This document shows, in pieces, positions 21,249 to 33,077 of a DNA stretch of 64,000 nucleotides; the stretch's first letter is position 1, and the number at the start of each line of letters is the position of its first letter. Origin of the DNA: an uncultured Planctomycetia bacterium (GTDB taxonomy: Bacteria > Planctomycetota > Planctomycetia > Pirellulales > PALSA-1355); contig CAVOTX010000010.1 in the NCBI GenBank assembly GCA_963699445.1, positions 258,453 through 322,452 on the forward strand, in the 5' to 3' direction. The notes under the pieces were generated by a model. The model was not told where the DNA came from. It was given only the letters and a program-made list of their open reading frames with translations, and did no database searches. A program made the translations under genes and the position numbers.

Positions 21249-22640
21249 GCTTTGCACGGCTTGAGTGCCCAACAGGCTGGCGAAGTCGTTGCTGGCGCCA
21301 TTGGTGCCGGACGTCAGGGTAATGGCCGACAGCATGTTGCTCTGCGCGGTTCCGCTGGCCTGGCTGCCGACCGAGGCAGTGCCGGCGACGTAGCCGGTAG
21401 GCTGCGTTTCGCTGAGCGTGTAGCTGCCGGGCCGCAGGCCGGTAAAGCTGTACGAACCGTCGGCCACGGTGGTGGTGGTCAGGCTGATCGCAGCGCCCAG
21501 ATCGTTGGTCCCGGTCAGGGCGATTGCGACTCCGGGCAGCGCCGTCTCGCCCGGGTCAAAGGCGCCGTTGGCGTTGGCATCGACGTAGGCATATCCCGAC
21601 AGGCTCGCCGGTTGCAACACCGCAAAGTCGTTGCCGGTGCCATTGACGCCAAGTCCGAGTTGGATATTCGACAAGACGCCGCTAGCGACCGTTCCGCTCT
21701 GGCTGCCGATCGCATCCGTGCCGAGAAATTCGCCGGCCTGCAAGGTCTCGCTGAGCGAGTAAGTTCCGGGCACGAGATTGGCGAAGCTGTAAGCGCCGTT
21801 GCTGGCGCTGGTCGTCGTCAGGTCGACGGCGTTGCCGTGATCGTCGGTGCCGGTCAAGGTGACGGTGGCCCCCGAGACGCCCGCCTCGCCGGAATCGAAC
21901 GCGCCATTGTCGTTGGCGTCGACGTACACGTAGCCCGAGAGACTGGCGGGCGCCAGATTTGCGAAGTCGTTGTCGACTCCATTGGTGCCGGAAACGACGG
22001 TGATGTTCGAAATCAAGCGAACGCCAAGCGTTCCGCCTTGGGTGCCGACGGAGTCGATTCCGTCGGTATCGCCAGACGGGCGAGTCTCGGTCAGCGTGTA
22101 CGTGCCGGGCCGCAGACTGCTGAAGCTGTAAGCGCCGCCCGTGGTGGTCGTGGTCGTCGAATTGATCGTTGCGCCAAGTCGTTGGTGCCGGTCAAGGTGA
22201 CGGTGGCCCCGACGATACCCGCCTCGCCGGCGTCGAACGTGCCGTTGTCGTTGGCGTCGACATAGACGTAGCCCGAAAGGCTGCCGGGCGCCAGTTCGGC
22301 AAAATCATTTCCCGTGCCGGTCGTGCCGGAGGTCAAGGCAATGTCCGCAATCATCCCGTTGCCGAGCGTTCCGCCCTGGCTGCCGATGGAACTGGTGCCG
22401 CTGAGGTAATTGGACGGCTGGGTTTCGGTCAACGTGTACGAGCCCGGGCGCAGGTCGATGAAGCTGTACGAGCCATCGGCAGCGGTCGTGGCGGTCAGGC
22501 TGACCGCGTCACCCAGGTCGTTGGTGCCGGTCAGGGTGATGCCGACGCCGGACAGCGGCGTCTCGCCCGTGTCGAAGGTGCCGTTGTCGTTGGCGTCGAC
22601 GTACACGTATCCCGACAAGCTGCTGGGCGTGGGATCCGTA
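21249..22640 (-). repeat. four ~115-aa SdrD-B-like/Cna-B-like coding repeats
   Basis: Recurrent LSGY[VA]YVDAN[DA]NG[AT]FD.GE....G..[IV].LTGT[ND]D.G.....T.T...DG.Y.F..L.PG.Y.L.ET.P, starting near 22620, 22270, 21940 and 21600. Confidence 0.65.
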
Positions 22641-24315
22641 ATCGTCTGCGCCCGGTCGTGGACACGGTGCTGTCCACGTTCACCGTGCCGGCGTTCAACG
22701 TCAAGCTTTTGAGCTCGCTCAAACTGCCCACGGGGTCGTAGAAGGTCGCGGCGGCGGCGTTGACGGTCAGATTGCTGGCGCCGTCCACCGTGCCGTTGAA
22801 CGTCACGTTGCCGCCCGTGGACGAGATCGTGATCGGCGATGTATCCAGAGTAACCGCGCCGCCGTAGACCTGATCGCCGGTCGAGGTAATCGACGTCGAA
22901 TCGACGGCCACCGAAGTAGCCAGGAAGGCAGCCTTGCCGGCCACACTCAGGGTGCTCGGCTCGATGTTGACCGTCGAATTCGTGCCGCCGCCGGCGTTGA
23001 CGATCAGCGGGCCGTTGAACACGCTGGGTTCGACGTCGACCGTTTCATCGCCGCCGATCACGGTCAATTGGCCGGAGAAGCTTGGATCGACGCTGCCGAT
23101 TGCGACCGTATCGGCCAGGATCCCATCCTCGTCGACCGAGAGCGACGAACTCGGATCCAGGAACGTGACGGGCAGGGCATTGTTGGATTGCAGCGTCATC
23201 GTGCCGCTCGTCGATCCGGCCGCCAGCGTGATGGTCTCCGGATTGATTCCATTGTCGGTAAACGAGAAGTCGCGAACGGCCGTGGCGATTTCATCGATGA
23301 TCGAATCGGCGTTCGAAGTGAACAGCCCATAGTTGATGGTCAGCGACGGATTGTTGCCGTTGTCGATGTAAATCGAACCTTGGGTGGTGCCCTGGGCGGT
23401 ATAACTGACCGCGCTGGGCTGCGTTGTCGCGTTGGCAAAATTCAGGATCAGCGTGTTGCTCTGGCTGAGCGAGCCTTGGATGTCGATTTCGCTGGTGTCC
23501 GCCACGAGCTGCTGCGCAACGACCGTTTGGGCGCTGTTGCGGATCTCGTACGACAGATGATCCGAACTGATGTCGATCGTGACCGCGCCGCCTGTCGAGT
23601 CGTAGCTCAACGGCGATCCGGCCAGCAGCCGCCGATCTTCGAGCGATTCGATTCCCAATCGGGGCCGGGAGGCTTTCTTCGATGCGGCGCCATGCGTTTG
23701 CCGCGCGCGGAGCTTGGCCAGACGTGACAGAATCATAGGTTGGTCCTTGTCCGATTGGACGCCGAAGAAACCGTTGACGAGCACCCCGGCCGGCGCGGTG
23801 GCCGAGCTTAGGGGCCGCAGAGGGTACAGGACACTGCCGGCCCAATGCAAGAACATCTGCCGGTGCATGGACCTGACAGGGGGGCTGACACTTCCGCAGG
23901 GGGGAGAACTACGCGCCCGGGGGCGGCTATTTCAGCGCCGCCGGACGAAACCGCTCGGTCGGCCGCGGCCCTGCGGCTCTCGCAGTGGCCCATTGCCGCT
24001 AGCAGCCCGGCGAGATCTTCGCGCCGAATTGGCTCGTCGCGCGCTGCTGCCGCGGATTTCTTCGCGCCGACAGGCAGGACGTTGACAAAGTTGCGGTCGC
24101 AGGGCGCTGCGGTCCGAGAAGGGCACTCGTGATCGCCGGCTCCCCATCGATTGGCGCTGCGGGTCGGCGATCGACAGTCGCCTCCCCCATGCGACGCTGC
24201 CATCCTCTTGGGCCGCCCGCCGGGGGCCGTTGTAACCGAGCCATTCGTCAAGTAGTCTGGGAGGCTCGCCGACGCGACCGGTCCCGAATCGTTTATTCCC
24301 TCCAGAAAGGTTTGC

Positions 24316-25557
24316 ATGCGCTGCGATTGGCTAATGCTGGCTCTGCTATTGAGTGGCTCGACGACCCGATTCGCCTCGGCCGACCAGGCACAGGATATCG
24401 CCGCTCTGCGCAAGGCGGGAGGAATCGTCACGCTGGACGATGCCGACCGCGTGGTGGCGGTCAATCTTCGCGACGCCCAGTTGACCGACCTGGACGTGAA
24501 GCGGCTCGAAGGCTTTACGAACCTGAACAAGCTGGAATTCTTGGGCTCCGACATCAACGACAAGTCGCTGGACAGCGTGGCCAAGCTCACGAATCTCAAG
24601 GACCTGGTCCTCGAAAATACCGAAATCACCAACGACGGACTGGCCAAACTCAAGCCGCTGCAGAATTTGCGGCTGCTCAATCTGCGCCGCTGCACGTATC
24701 TGTCGGACGACGGGCTCGTGCAACTCCAAGCGCTGGGCAACCTCGAACAGCTGCTGTTGCTTTACAACAACTTCTCGAACGCCGGCATGGTCCATCTGAC
24801 GACTCTCGCAAAGCTGCGCATGCTCGACCTGCGCGGCTGCGTGCTGATCTCCGACGACGGACTGCTGGAAATCAAGAAGCTGCCCAACCTCGAGCGGCTC
24901 AAGTTGCGCAATTCACAGGTCAGCGACGACGGCCTGAAGCAGATTGCGGAAATGAAAAAGCTCAAGGGGTTGATCCTCGAAGATGCCGCGATCAGCGACC
25001 GCGGGCTGGTCCACCTGAAATCGATGACCAAGCTCGACGAACTCAACCTGATGCGCAACAATATCACCGACGCGGGGCTGGAAAATCTGGCCGGCCTCGA
25101 ACTGCTCAAACGCGTCGAGCTGCGCGGAGCCCGGCTCAACGGCTCGGGCCTGGCAAGTCTCAAAAACCTCAGCAAGCTCACCTTGCTCGATATCGCCGAA
25201 ACGCCCGTCGATGACGCCGGTTTGGCGAATCTCAAAAACCTCACCAGCCTGGAACGCCTCGATTTATGGGGCACGCAAATCACCGACCAAGGGCTCGAGA
25301 ACCTCCGCGGCCTGACCAACCTGAATTGGCTCAGCCTGCAAAACACTCGGATTACCGACGCCGGGCTGGAAAATCTCGAACCGCTCGCCAAACTGGACGA
25401 TCTCGATCTGCACACGACGAAAATCAGCGACGCCGGCCTGGCCCACCTCGCCGGGCTCGCCAAACTGGCCAAGCTCGACCTCAGCTTCACCAAGGTGACC
25501 GCCGCCGGCCAGCGGGAGTTTCAGCAGTCGCACCCGAATGTGAAGATCACCCGTTAG
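24316..25557 (+). CDS. secreted leucine-rich-repeat (RNI-like LRR) protein
   Basis: Intact 413-aa ORF, ATG at 24316, signal MRCDWLMLALLLSGSTTRFASA, then about 14 repeats of ~24 aa (L..L..L..L.L..T.ITDAGL..L). Confidence 0.85.
   Translation: MRCDWLMLALLLSGSTTRFASADQAQDIAALRKAGGIVTLDDADRVVAVNLRDAQLTDLDVKRLEGFTNLNKLEFLGSDINDKSLDSVAKLTNLKDLVLENTEITNDGLAKLKPLQNLRLLNLRRCTYLSDDGLVQLQALGNLEQLLLLYNNFSNAGMVHLTTLAKLRMLDLRGCVLISDDGLLEIKKLPNLERLKLRNSQVSDDGLKQIAEMKKLKGLILEDAAISDRGLVHLKSMTKLDELNLMRNNITDAGLENLAGLELLKRVELRGARLNGSGLASLKNLSKLTLLDIAETPVDDAGLANLKNLTSLERLDLWGTQITDQGLENLRGLTNLNWLSLQNTRITDAGLENLEPLAKLDDLDLHTTKISDAGLAHLAGLAKLAKLDLSFTKVTAAGQREFQQSHPNVKITR
24466..25516 (+). repeat. ~72-nt periodic LRR coding repeats (about 14 units)
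   Basis: Protein-level periodicity, e.g. LKNLTSLERLDLWGTQITDQGLEN / LRGLTNLNWLSLQNTRITDAGLEN / LEPLAKLDDLDLHTTKISDAGLAH. Confidence 0.7.
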
Positions 25558-25653
25558 CGGCCCGCCTGGAATCGGGACGGACGTTTCCATCGCGCGCGAG
25601 CCGGGCCGCGGAAGCCCGGCGGCTGGCAGCCCGTTGAATATTTCAACAGGCGG

Positions 25654-26664
25654 CTACGGCTTGGCTGGCAGCACCAATTCGCGCGTCCCCGGCTTGAAAT
25701 GAGGCCAGGTTCCGCTGAACTGAATGTTGGCTTTTTCCCGCGCGATTTTGGCAATCTTGTCGTACAGCGCTGCGCGGCCGGCGGCTTGAGCTCCTCGCGC
25801 ACGTCTTTCCACGTCTTGGTGCCTGCTTTGATCTCGGTAACCTTGATCAAGTGGACGCCAAACGGAGTCACAACCGGTTGACTGACTTCGCCAATCGGCA
25901 GAGAAAATGCCGCGCGAGAAAACGGTTCGACCATCAATCCGTGCCGCGGAAAAAAGCCCAAGTCGCCGCCTTTCTCGCGACTGGGGCCCGAGGAAAACAT
26001 AGCGGCCGCTTCGGCAAACGAATACTTGCCATCGGCCAACTGCTCGCAGCGCCAGGGCAACCCGGATCAACGCGTTGATCGCGGCAGGATCCGCGCTCTT
26101 ATCCGGTCGAAACAGGATATGGCTGGCGCGGACCTCCGAACCGTCGAATTCCTTCTTGTGTTCGTCGAAGTAGTCTTCGAACACGTCGTCGGTCAATTGC
26201 TGCTGCATTGCCGGCTCCCAGAGGAGTTGCCAGGCGATCTGTTTGCGCAAACCAGCGCGGGTGAGTTGCCGTTCTTCCAGGTACTGCTTGAGGGTAAATT
26301 TTTGCGCTTCGAGCTGTGTTTCGAGTCTGGCTTGGGCCGCGTCGATTTGCGCCTCGGTCACGCCTTTGCCGCCACTGGAAAGCGCCTTCTCGACCAGTCG
26401 CCGATCGATGATCTGCGCCAGCACCTCGGCCTGCGCCTGCATAACGCTCTGGGGCGAGACTTTTCTCCCTGCTAGTGTCGGAGCCAGCGCCTCCTGCACT
26501 TCGTCGGCGAGAATTTCCTTGCCGTTGACGGTCGCCGCCACCACCGACGAACCGCCGGCCGGCGGCGTCTGCCCCTCGGCCTTAGTGCCCTTGTCGGCAG
26601 CCGCCAGGCACGCAGCCCAACCCAGCACCAACGCCAAACTCAGCATCCGCACTCGCCCGGACAT
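25654..26664 (-). pseudogene. SurA/PrsA-like peptidyl-prolyl isomerase (parvulin domain), two frame breaks
   Basis: ATG at 26664 (MSGRVRMLSLALVLGWAACLAA), SurA-like N-domain in ORF 25654..26682, parvulin core in ORF 25554..26060 (GGDLGFFPRHGLMVEPFSRAAFSLPIGEVSQPVVTPFGVHLIKVTE), tail back in the first frame (...AALYDKIAKIAREKANIQFSGTWPHFKPG). Breaks near 26050 and 25790. Confidence 0.8.
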
Positions 26665-26716
26665 GCAGCCCTCCGCACCCAATCAATTCGACAAACCACG
26701 AGCATCAACGACGCAG

Positions 26717-28006
26717 CTACGGCAACTCAAGATCCTTGAATTCGTATTCCACCGGCACCTTGAACACGGCCGTCGGTGATTTGTAGACAAAGGCAAATCC
26801 TTTCGGCCCGTTCTTCAGATCGAACAGGTATTTCACGCCGATTTCATTCGGCGTTTGGCGGGTTTGCTCGAACCCACCGGGCTCGACCGGCGGCTGCCCC
26901 GCTTGCTCCAAATAGACTTCGTTATTGAGCAACCAGCCACTGAGATACGAGTCGAGAGCGTTGCCCGGATCGTCAAAACGAACCCGGACGAGCAGTTCCC
27001 AGACGTCGTTATTCTTCCGCAAACCGTCCAGGGTCACCGTCACCGCGGCTTTCCGTTGTTCGATCTTCTTCGCGGCGCCGTCCTTTTCCTTGGTGGGCGG
27101 CAGCTCGGGAAAGCGAAACGTTTCGACTTCGCCCGGCACGATCGCCGTGAGCTTGCCTTTCAGCCTTGTGATCTTGTGCTGCGCTCGCGTCGGCGACGCC
27201 AACGGAATCATCAACTCCACGGTCGCCGAGCCGTCGGTGATCGGAGCCGTCGGCTCGCCCTGGCCGTCGATTTGCACCGCTTCGTCGCCGGCCATGGCGC
27301 TGACCTGATCGAGCGGTTGACTGATGACGATCGGCTTGAGCCGCGGTTCCCAAGACACGTCGACCAGCAGCTTGAGGGATCGATTGCCGAGATTGCGCAA
27401 GTCGCGCAGGGCCTCGAACCGCGCGGGTTCCAGCCGGAATGGCCCGCTGTAGCTGGCGCGGCTGCTGCGCGGCACGCGGCCCGGCGTGCGTCCGATGATC
27501 GTAATGCCCGGCTCGCCTGCATAACTATCGATGTCGAGCTGGGCCCCGTCGAGTGTTTGATCCAGTGCCCGCCAGAACGGCGCCTTGTCGAATTCCACAT
27601 GCAGCGCCGGCTCGGCGGCATCTTCATCGCGCTCGCGGCGGTCGGTCAAGGTATTGCCCGTCTGCTGTCCGAATTCTTTGAGCACTTCGGCCAACGGCAG
27701 ATCCCCTTTCAGGGTGACCATCGAGCCTTGGGCCGCCTGTTCGGCACGCGCTTGCTCGAATGCCTGCCGGACGCGCGTGAGACGCTGAGCCACCTCGGCC
27801 GGCATCCGCTCGTTGATCGCCGGCAAATGAACCAGCGCAGCCGGTCCCAGAGCAATCATCTGTTGTTCGGCTTGATCGCGGCGAGTCAGCTCGTCGCTAT
27901 TGAGCTGCCGGACCAGGCGCGTGACTTCCGGCCCCAGGTCCTTCGCCGGCAGCGCGCTCACTTGGGCGGCTGCCAGCCAGGTGGTCATCAAAATCCAAGA
28001 GATCAA
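26717..28006 (-). CDS. secreted hypothetical protein
   Basis: Intact 429-aa ORF. Start is TTG at 28006 or ATG at 27988 (MTTWLAAAQVSALPA). Protein-like composition; I recognise no family. Confidence 0.55.
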   Translation of the reverse strand: MISWILMTTWLAAAQVSALPAKDLGPEVTRLVRQLNSDELTRRDQAEQQMIALGPAALVHLPAINERMPAEVAQRLTRVRQAFEQARAEQAAQGSMVTLKGDLPLAEVLKEFGQQTGNTLTDRRERDEDAAEPALHVEFDKAPFWRALDQTLDGAQLDIDSYAGEPGITIIGRTPGRVPRSSRASYSGPFRLEPARFEALRDLRNLGNRSLKLLVDVSWEPRLKPIVISQPLDQVSAMAGDEAVQIDGQGEPTAPITDGSATVELMIPLASPTRAQHKITRLKGKLTAIVPGEVETFRFPELPPTKEKDGAAKKIEQRKAAVTVTLDGLRKNNDVWELLVRVRFDDPGNALDSYLSGWLLNNEVYLEQAGQPPVEPGGFEQTRQTPNEIGVKYLFDLKNGPKGFAFVYKSPTAVFKVPVEYEFKDLELP

Positions 28007-28164
28007 TTTCGACTCCCTTCAAGTCAGGACAGCCGACGACAGATGAGGTGCCTTTATCTTAGAGCCGGACCCGCCGCTTCGCCACAGGCGGCAGGCAACC
28101 TGCGGCAGGCAACCGTTGAGGGCCGGCCGTCGGGCAATCCGCAAAGTCGCACCGCGAAGCGGAA

Positions 28165-29111
28165 TCAGCGCAAATCCTTCGCGCAGCGAAAACCTGCGTG
28201 GTTGTGGGCCGCGTCGGGCATCTCGCGCCCCCGGCTCCAGACGCGCAAGCCGGCACTGGCGTTTTCCGCGCACAGCCACGATCCGCCGCGTTGCACGCGC
28301 ATCGAGCCGGCGCACGGACCGCTTGGATTGGCGGCCGAACTGTGTTGATAATAGTCCGCCGCGTACCAGTCGCCGCACCATTCCCAGACATTGCCGGCCA
28401 TGTCATACAGGCCATAGCGATTGGCAAAATACGACTTGACGGGCGCGGGCGTGCGGAATCCATCGCGGCCCAGATCCTGGTCCGGGAACCAGCCTTGCCA
28501 GTAATTGGCCTGATACGTTCCGTCGGGCTTCTCCACACGGCCCCAGGGATAGTCGGCGTCGAACAAACCGCCCCGGGCCGCGTATTCCCACTCGGCTTCG
28601 GTGGGCAGGCGTTTGCCGGCCCAGGCCGCATAGGCTACCGCGTCGTGCCAGGAAACTTGGGTAACCGGCAGCCGCTCGTAACCAAGGGTCGTGCTGTGCG
28701 GACCGAGCGGATGCTTCCAGTCCGCGCCCGGAGTGGAAACCCATTGCTTGCGCACGGCATGAAGACCCAGGCATGCCCTTTTCGCTGGGCCGTGGTCACG
28801 TAGCCGGTGGCGACGACGAATTCGGCGAATTGGGCCACCGTCACTTCGTGGACGTCCAGCCAGAACGCGTCGATCTGCACCTCATGCTGCGGTCGCTCGG
28901 CAACCGAGTGGGACAAATCGCTGCCCATGCGAAATTTCCCGCTGGGAATCAGCGTCATGCCTGCGGGGTTCGGCGGTTTGGCCGCCGGCAGGCTGGCCAC
29001 GAGGAGCGGCACCGGGCGGAAGGTCAGTCGGGCCAATCCGATTGCGCCGGCGGCCATCAGCAGGGAGCACAGCAGCCCCAGGGCTTGCCGGTTGCGACGA
29101 CGGAAGATCAC
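28165..29111 (-). CDS. formylglycine-generating-enzyme (SUMF1/EgtB/PvdO) family protein, N-terminally anchored; one frame break
   Basis: GTG at 29111 overlaps the upstream stop (GTGA). MTLIPSGKFRMGSD...HEVQIDAFWLDVHEVTVAQF (ORF 28635..29111), then ...VSWHDAVAYAAWAGKRLPTEAEWEYAARGG...YGLYDMAGNVWEWCGDWY...MRVQRGGSW (ORF 28165..28755). Break near 28750. Confidence 0.85.
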
Positions 29112-29428
29112 AGATCAACACCCATTTGCTGCGCTTGCAAACGAAGCGATTGCCGAAAGTAAGGGAACGGGTAAGGGCGTTTCTTCCTCGCCCAAAGAAA
29201 GCTGGTTTGCACCACGGACGGCGGCAACGTTCCTGCGTCAACCATCTCCACAACGCTGGCGATAAAGGCAAATTCGACCGGTCGCCGCGCGCGGAGCCCC
29301 TTTTCCAGCGTGGTCTGCAAGTCGGGGCCGCCCGGGGCAATCGGCGAGTCGGCAAATCCTCGACCGGCCGGCGCGCCGATCCACAGCGCTAAAGCCAAAG
29401 CCAGCAACGAACATCGCGGGGCCTGCAT
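29108..29428 (-). CDS. small secreted hypothetical protein, translationally coupled to the FGE-like gene
   Basis: ATG at 29428: MQAPRCSLLALALALWIGAPAGRGFA... (106 aa, in-frame part of ORF 29108..29626). Its stop overlaps the downstream GTG start. Confidence 0.5.
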   Translation of the reverse strand: MQAPRCSLLALALALWIGAPAGRGFADSPIAPGGPDLQTTLEKGLRARRPVEFAFIASVVEMVDAGTLPPSVVQTSFLWARKKRPYPFPYFRQSLRLQAQQMGVDL

Positions 29429-29714
29429 GGCGTGCTCGGGGGCGCGAAAGAAGTGCGAGAAACACCGGCGGGTGCTTATAGGGACTTCCGGGTCCAACCG
29501 CAAGATCCGTTGGCCCGCACTCCAAGGCGACATGCGGTCCTTTTCGAAGATCGCCCCGTTTTGCCATTCTACCGACATCCATGTTGGCGAATGGCGGCAG
29601 GGGGCCGTATGATAGGATTTTGGCATCGGGATCTCTCCGAGCGTTGTTCGTCGTTGCCATCAACCCCAACCAGCAAGCCCCCAACCAGCAAGCCTATGCT
29701 CAGCGCGGCGCCGC

Positions 29715-31582
29715 ATGTGTTCGAACCATTCGCAGGGCGACGTCGCTTCGCCTGGCGTGGCCGCATCGATTCGAGGCCTGCCGAAAAATCCAGGCGCTCG
29801 GCTGTGTCCCCGTGTTGGCGGCGCTCGTCGCCTGGCAGGCGTGTGTGCCCGGGGCAATCGGTGCCGAGCCGGCGGCTTCGCCCGGCCAGGAAGTCGCGGC
29901 ACTGATTCAAACCCTGGATCACCCCGATTACGACGCCCGCCGCAGGGCTCGAGAAAAACTGCACGAACTAGCTCGGCACAAGGACTTGCAGCCGATCCTG
30001 GCCGAGCAATTCCAGAAGGTGCTGATCAAAGAGGGTGTCTCCTACGAAGTGCGCAGCGCGCTGGTCGAGCTTCGCCGCTCGTTGCCAGCCGCCGAGACGA
30101 TGGTCCCCGCCGAGGTTGGTGAGGCCGAAATCGAACGATTGCTGGACGAACTGAACAATGATTCGTTCGCCGAGCGGATCGGCGCCCAACAGCGCTTGAA
30201 TTGGCTGCTCAGCAGTCCCGCCGCCGGCGTGCGAATCATGGCCGGGCTGAAAGCTCGACTGGCTACCGACATCGACGAAGACGAGGCCGAAGCGGGCAAT
30301 CCGGGCACCGAACAGGCTCGCGCCGGAGGAAGACTGGCAGCCCGCCGGCGAAGATCGCCAGCCGCTCGTGACACTGTTGCACGAAGTGCGCGGACGCTGG
30401 TTGACGAGCCCCACCGAGTGGCCGCTGCCCCGAGTCGAAGAAAAACAATGGCGAGGCTGGATCGCAGACGTTTGCCGCGAGGGAGACGACCTGGCCGATC
30501 GGCGGCGGCATGACGTGGCGATGCGCGAACTGCGCGACCTGTTGACCCGCGAAGATTACACGCTGCCAGTCCAACAAGCCTTGCAGAAACAGCTCGAAAC
30601 CACGGGCGATTCGCCGGCCACCCGGCGGATCGAGCGGCTGTTGGCCTGGTTGCAGCCAGCCATGGTGGCCGAAGTCTGGCTGGACCGTCAACACGTCACG
30701 ATCCAGCATTTGCTCATCGACGTTCCGCAAGTGCATGATTTTTCGCGGGCCACGCACTTCGATCGAATCGACGATTCCACGGCGCATTGCGTCAGCGGCA
30801 ACAATCTCGAACCGGGCGACTATCCGGTCGGAGTGGCCATTCCCCATCCCAAGGGGCAGAACATGATGTTCCACTTGATCAATCTGCCCACGCCGCGGCG
30901 GCGCATGGCCTACAAATACCTGACACGCCGCCCGCAGGCCGATCGGCTGCGCGAGATCAGCCAGCGGACCCTGGCCGCGGTGGTGGCCGATAAGCGCCGG
31001 CTGACCCAGGGTCAACTGGGCATGTTGCATCAGCTCGACACGCATGCCGTGTCCCGGTTCGCCGGGCCCTACTTCGACGCCGTGCCGGACTTGCCGCTCA
31101 AGAGCACCGACGGCTATCCCACCGCATTCACCACGCAGCACGAGTTGCTTTGTGCGGTGCTGTCCGAAATCGGCACGCGCGAGGCCGTCCCGGCCTTGGA
31201 AAAGGCCGCCCTGGCCCGCGAACTCGACATCATTGCTCCACGAGCCGCCTACGCGGTCGCCTGGTGTGCTGCTTTGGCCATCGCCCAGCGCGATCCGTGG
31301 GACTCTGTCGACGCCTGGCTGGCCGGGCTGATCGCGCGGGACACATCGCTCGCCGGGCCCGCGAACCCTTGCCCCGACCTGGGCGCCACGGCCGCCTTCA
31401 TCCTGCTCGGCCGGCACGATCAATCTCCCCGCGCCTTCGGGCTGGTCGAAGTCGAGGACGAGCAACTGCACGCCAGCGGCATCACCGGATATCGCTTCAG
31501 CGAGCCCACCGATCGAGCCGCCGTACAAGAATGGTGGTCGAAGCAAAAACCGCAGCCAGCCGAGTTGGACGCCCGCGGTTAA
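29715..31582 (+). CDS. hypothetical protein (~620 aa) with HEAT-like N-terminal segment; one or two frame breaks; start uncertain
   Basis: ORF 29581..30513 (signal-like ...CVPVLAALVAWQACVPGAIGA, then DHPDYDARRRAREKLHELA, NNDSFAERIGAQQRLNWLL) joins ORF 30368..31582 (MTLLHEVRGRWLTSPTEWPLP...WWSKQKPQPAELDARG) with a break near 30300-30370. The nearest ATG (29715) is out of frame. Confidence 0.5.
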
Positions 31583-31680
31583 GCAGATCGAGAATACCGG
31601 CCGGCACGCCTGAGCCGGGCGCCGACCCGGATTCGTTGATTCTCCGGTGCGATGCCAATGCCTCCGCCAGGCGCCAAGCG

Positions 31681-32216
31681 TCAGGCCAAGACCAGCGCCG
31701 CCAGGGCGACAACGACCATGACGGCGCCAATCAGCGTCTTGGCCAGCGTGCCAAAGAGCCGGCCCCAGAACGCGGCCTTCCCGACGCGCACGCTCTGATC
31801 CAGAGAGCGACCTTTCCAGCTCTCGCCAAGCATCGCGCCGGCCAGCGCGCCTAAGCCGGCAAACAGCACCGCCGCCACCAGCGGACCAACCAGCGGAATC
31901 GGCACGCCAACGAGCACCCCCGTCGCGCCGCCCGCCAACGAACCGACCAGCGCCAAGACCGCGCTGCGCCGGCTGCCGCCGGCCCGGTTCACTCCCAGCG
32001 CCCGGCCACGACCTCCACGATCTCGCCCAGCGCGGCCAGGCCGGCCAGCACGGCAACCACCTGCCAACCGATCCCCAGCCGCGAATCGTCTGGCACCAGG
32101 TAGGCATAGATCGCAGTCCCCGCCACGATCAGCCAATTGCCGGGCATGCCCACGAGCGTTAGCACCCAGCCGATTGCCAGCGTCAAACCCAACAAGATCG
32201 CCCAGATAACGGTCAT
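31681..32216 (-). CDS. small integral membrane protein (DUF456-like); one frame break
   Basis: ATG at 32216: MTVIWAILLGLTLAIGWVLTLVGMPGNWLIVAGTAIYAYL... (ORF 31989..32264) continues in ORF 31681..32337 (...LVGSLAGGATGVLVGVPIPLVGPLVAAVLFAGLGALAGAMLGE...). Break near 31995. The family call is from memory. Confidence 0.55.
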
Positions 32217-32326
32217 GGAAAGCTGCGCGGAGCATCTCCGGGAAGCGGAATATGCGAGGTCCAATCATCATAGCCCAACCGCGCGAGCGGTTATATTGAA
32301 CTTTCCGACCCGAGAGCCCTCCGCGC

Positions 32327-33077
32327 ATGACTGCCAATTCGTCCGATTCGCCGCCGCCCGCAGACGACCCGGCCGTGCCTTTGCGCTCCAGCCGGTCGCC
32401 CCGTCGCAGGCCAGTGGCAAAACTTGGGCCGGAGCCGCCGAGCTATGGCACCGTCCACATGTTGCTGTGGATCGCCTGCACCGGCGTTTACCTGGCCGCG
32501 AATCGCGACTTGTACAGCGGCGATCTTCCGCCGCTTGCAGCGCTGCTCATGCTCTGCCAGGCTCTGCCGCGCGGCGCGGCCCTGGCCGGGCTGGCGATCT
32601 TCATCCGCCGTCGATGGCAGCGGGCCCCGTGGCCGATCGAGCCGGGCGAGTGGCTAGTGGCAATTGCCGGCATGTGGCTGGCGACAGAGGTTGTCTTAAT
32701 CCGCTGGAGCCCGAGCGATCGCTTCCATAATCCGGCCGCAGTCCACGCGGCGCTGGCTTGCATGATGTTGGTACTGCCCACGCTGGCCCAAGGGCTATCG
32801 GTCGACTGGAAGTGTTTTTTTTCGTTCTTGGTCGTTGTCTTCGCCTGGCCGCTCTTGGTGGCGCTGTTGGATGCCGGGAGGCTGTCGGATTCGCAGTGGC
32901 TGGCGCTCGGCGGAACTGGTTTTGTACGCCCGGTACTATTTGGCGGCGGCCGCGCTGGCGGTGGTTGTTTGGCGCGATCGCGCACGCGGCGTGCGGCACG
33001 GCTGGCTGCACTGGGCCGGCCTGGTCGACGTGGTGTTGATTGTCGTGTCGGCCCGGATGCTATCGCTTGTCGCATGA
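32327..33077 (+). CDS. polytopic membrane hypothetical protein; one frame break
   Basis: ATG at 32327. Several hydrophobic helices (HMLLWIACTGVYLAA, CFFSFLVVVFAWPLLVALL). The tail continues in ORF 32835..33077 (...YYLAAAALAVVVWRDRARG...VDVVLIVVSARMLSLVA). Break near 32925. Confidence 0.45.

Larger units (their letters stand above)
19041..23736 (-). pseudogene. giant (~1560 aa) secreted repeat/adhesin-like protein; two to three frame breaks as assembled
   Basis: ATG at 23736: MILSRLAKLRARQTHGAASKKASRPRLGIESLEDRRLLA. A beta-helix-like Ser/Thr/Asn/Gly-rich region (ORF 22531..23868), four SdrD-B/Cna-B-like repeats (SGYVYVDANDNG.FD.GE...), then three units of a ~170-aa unknown beta domain, two of them followed by FN3-like modules (ORF 19041..22016). 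Breaks near 22600 and 22020-22090. Confidence 0.8.
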
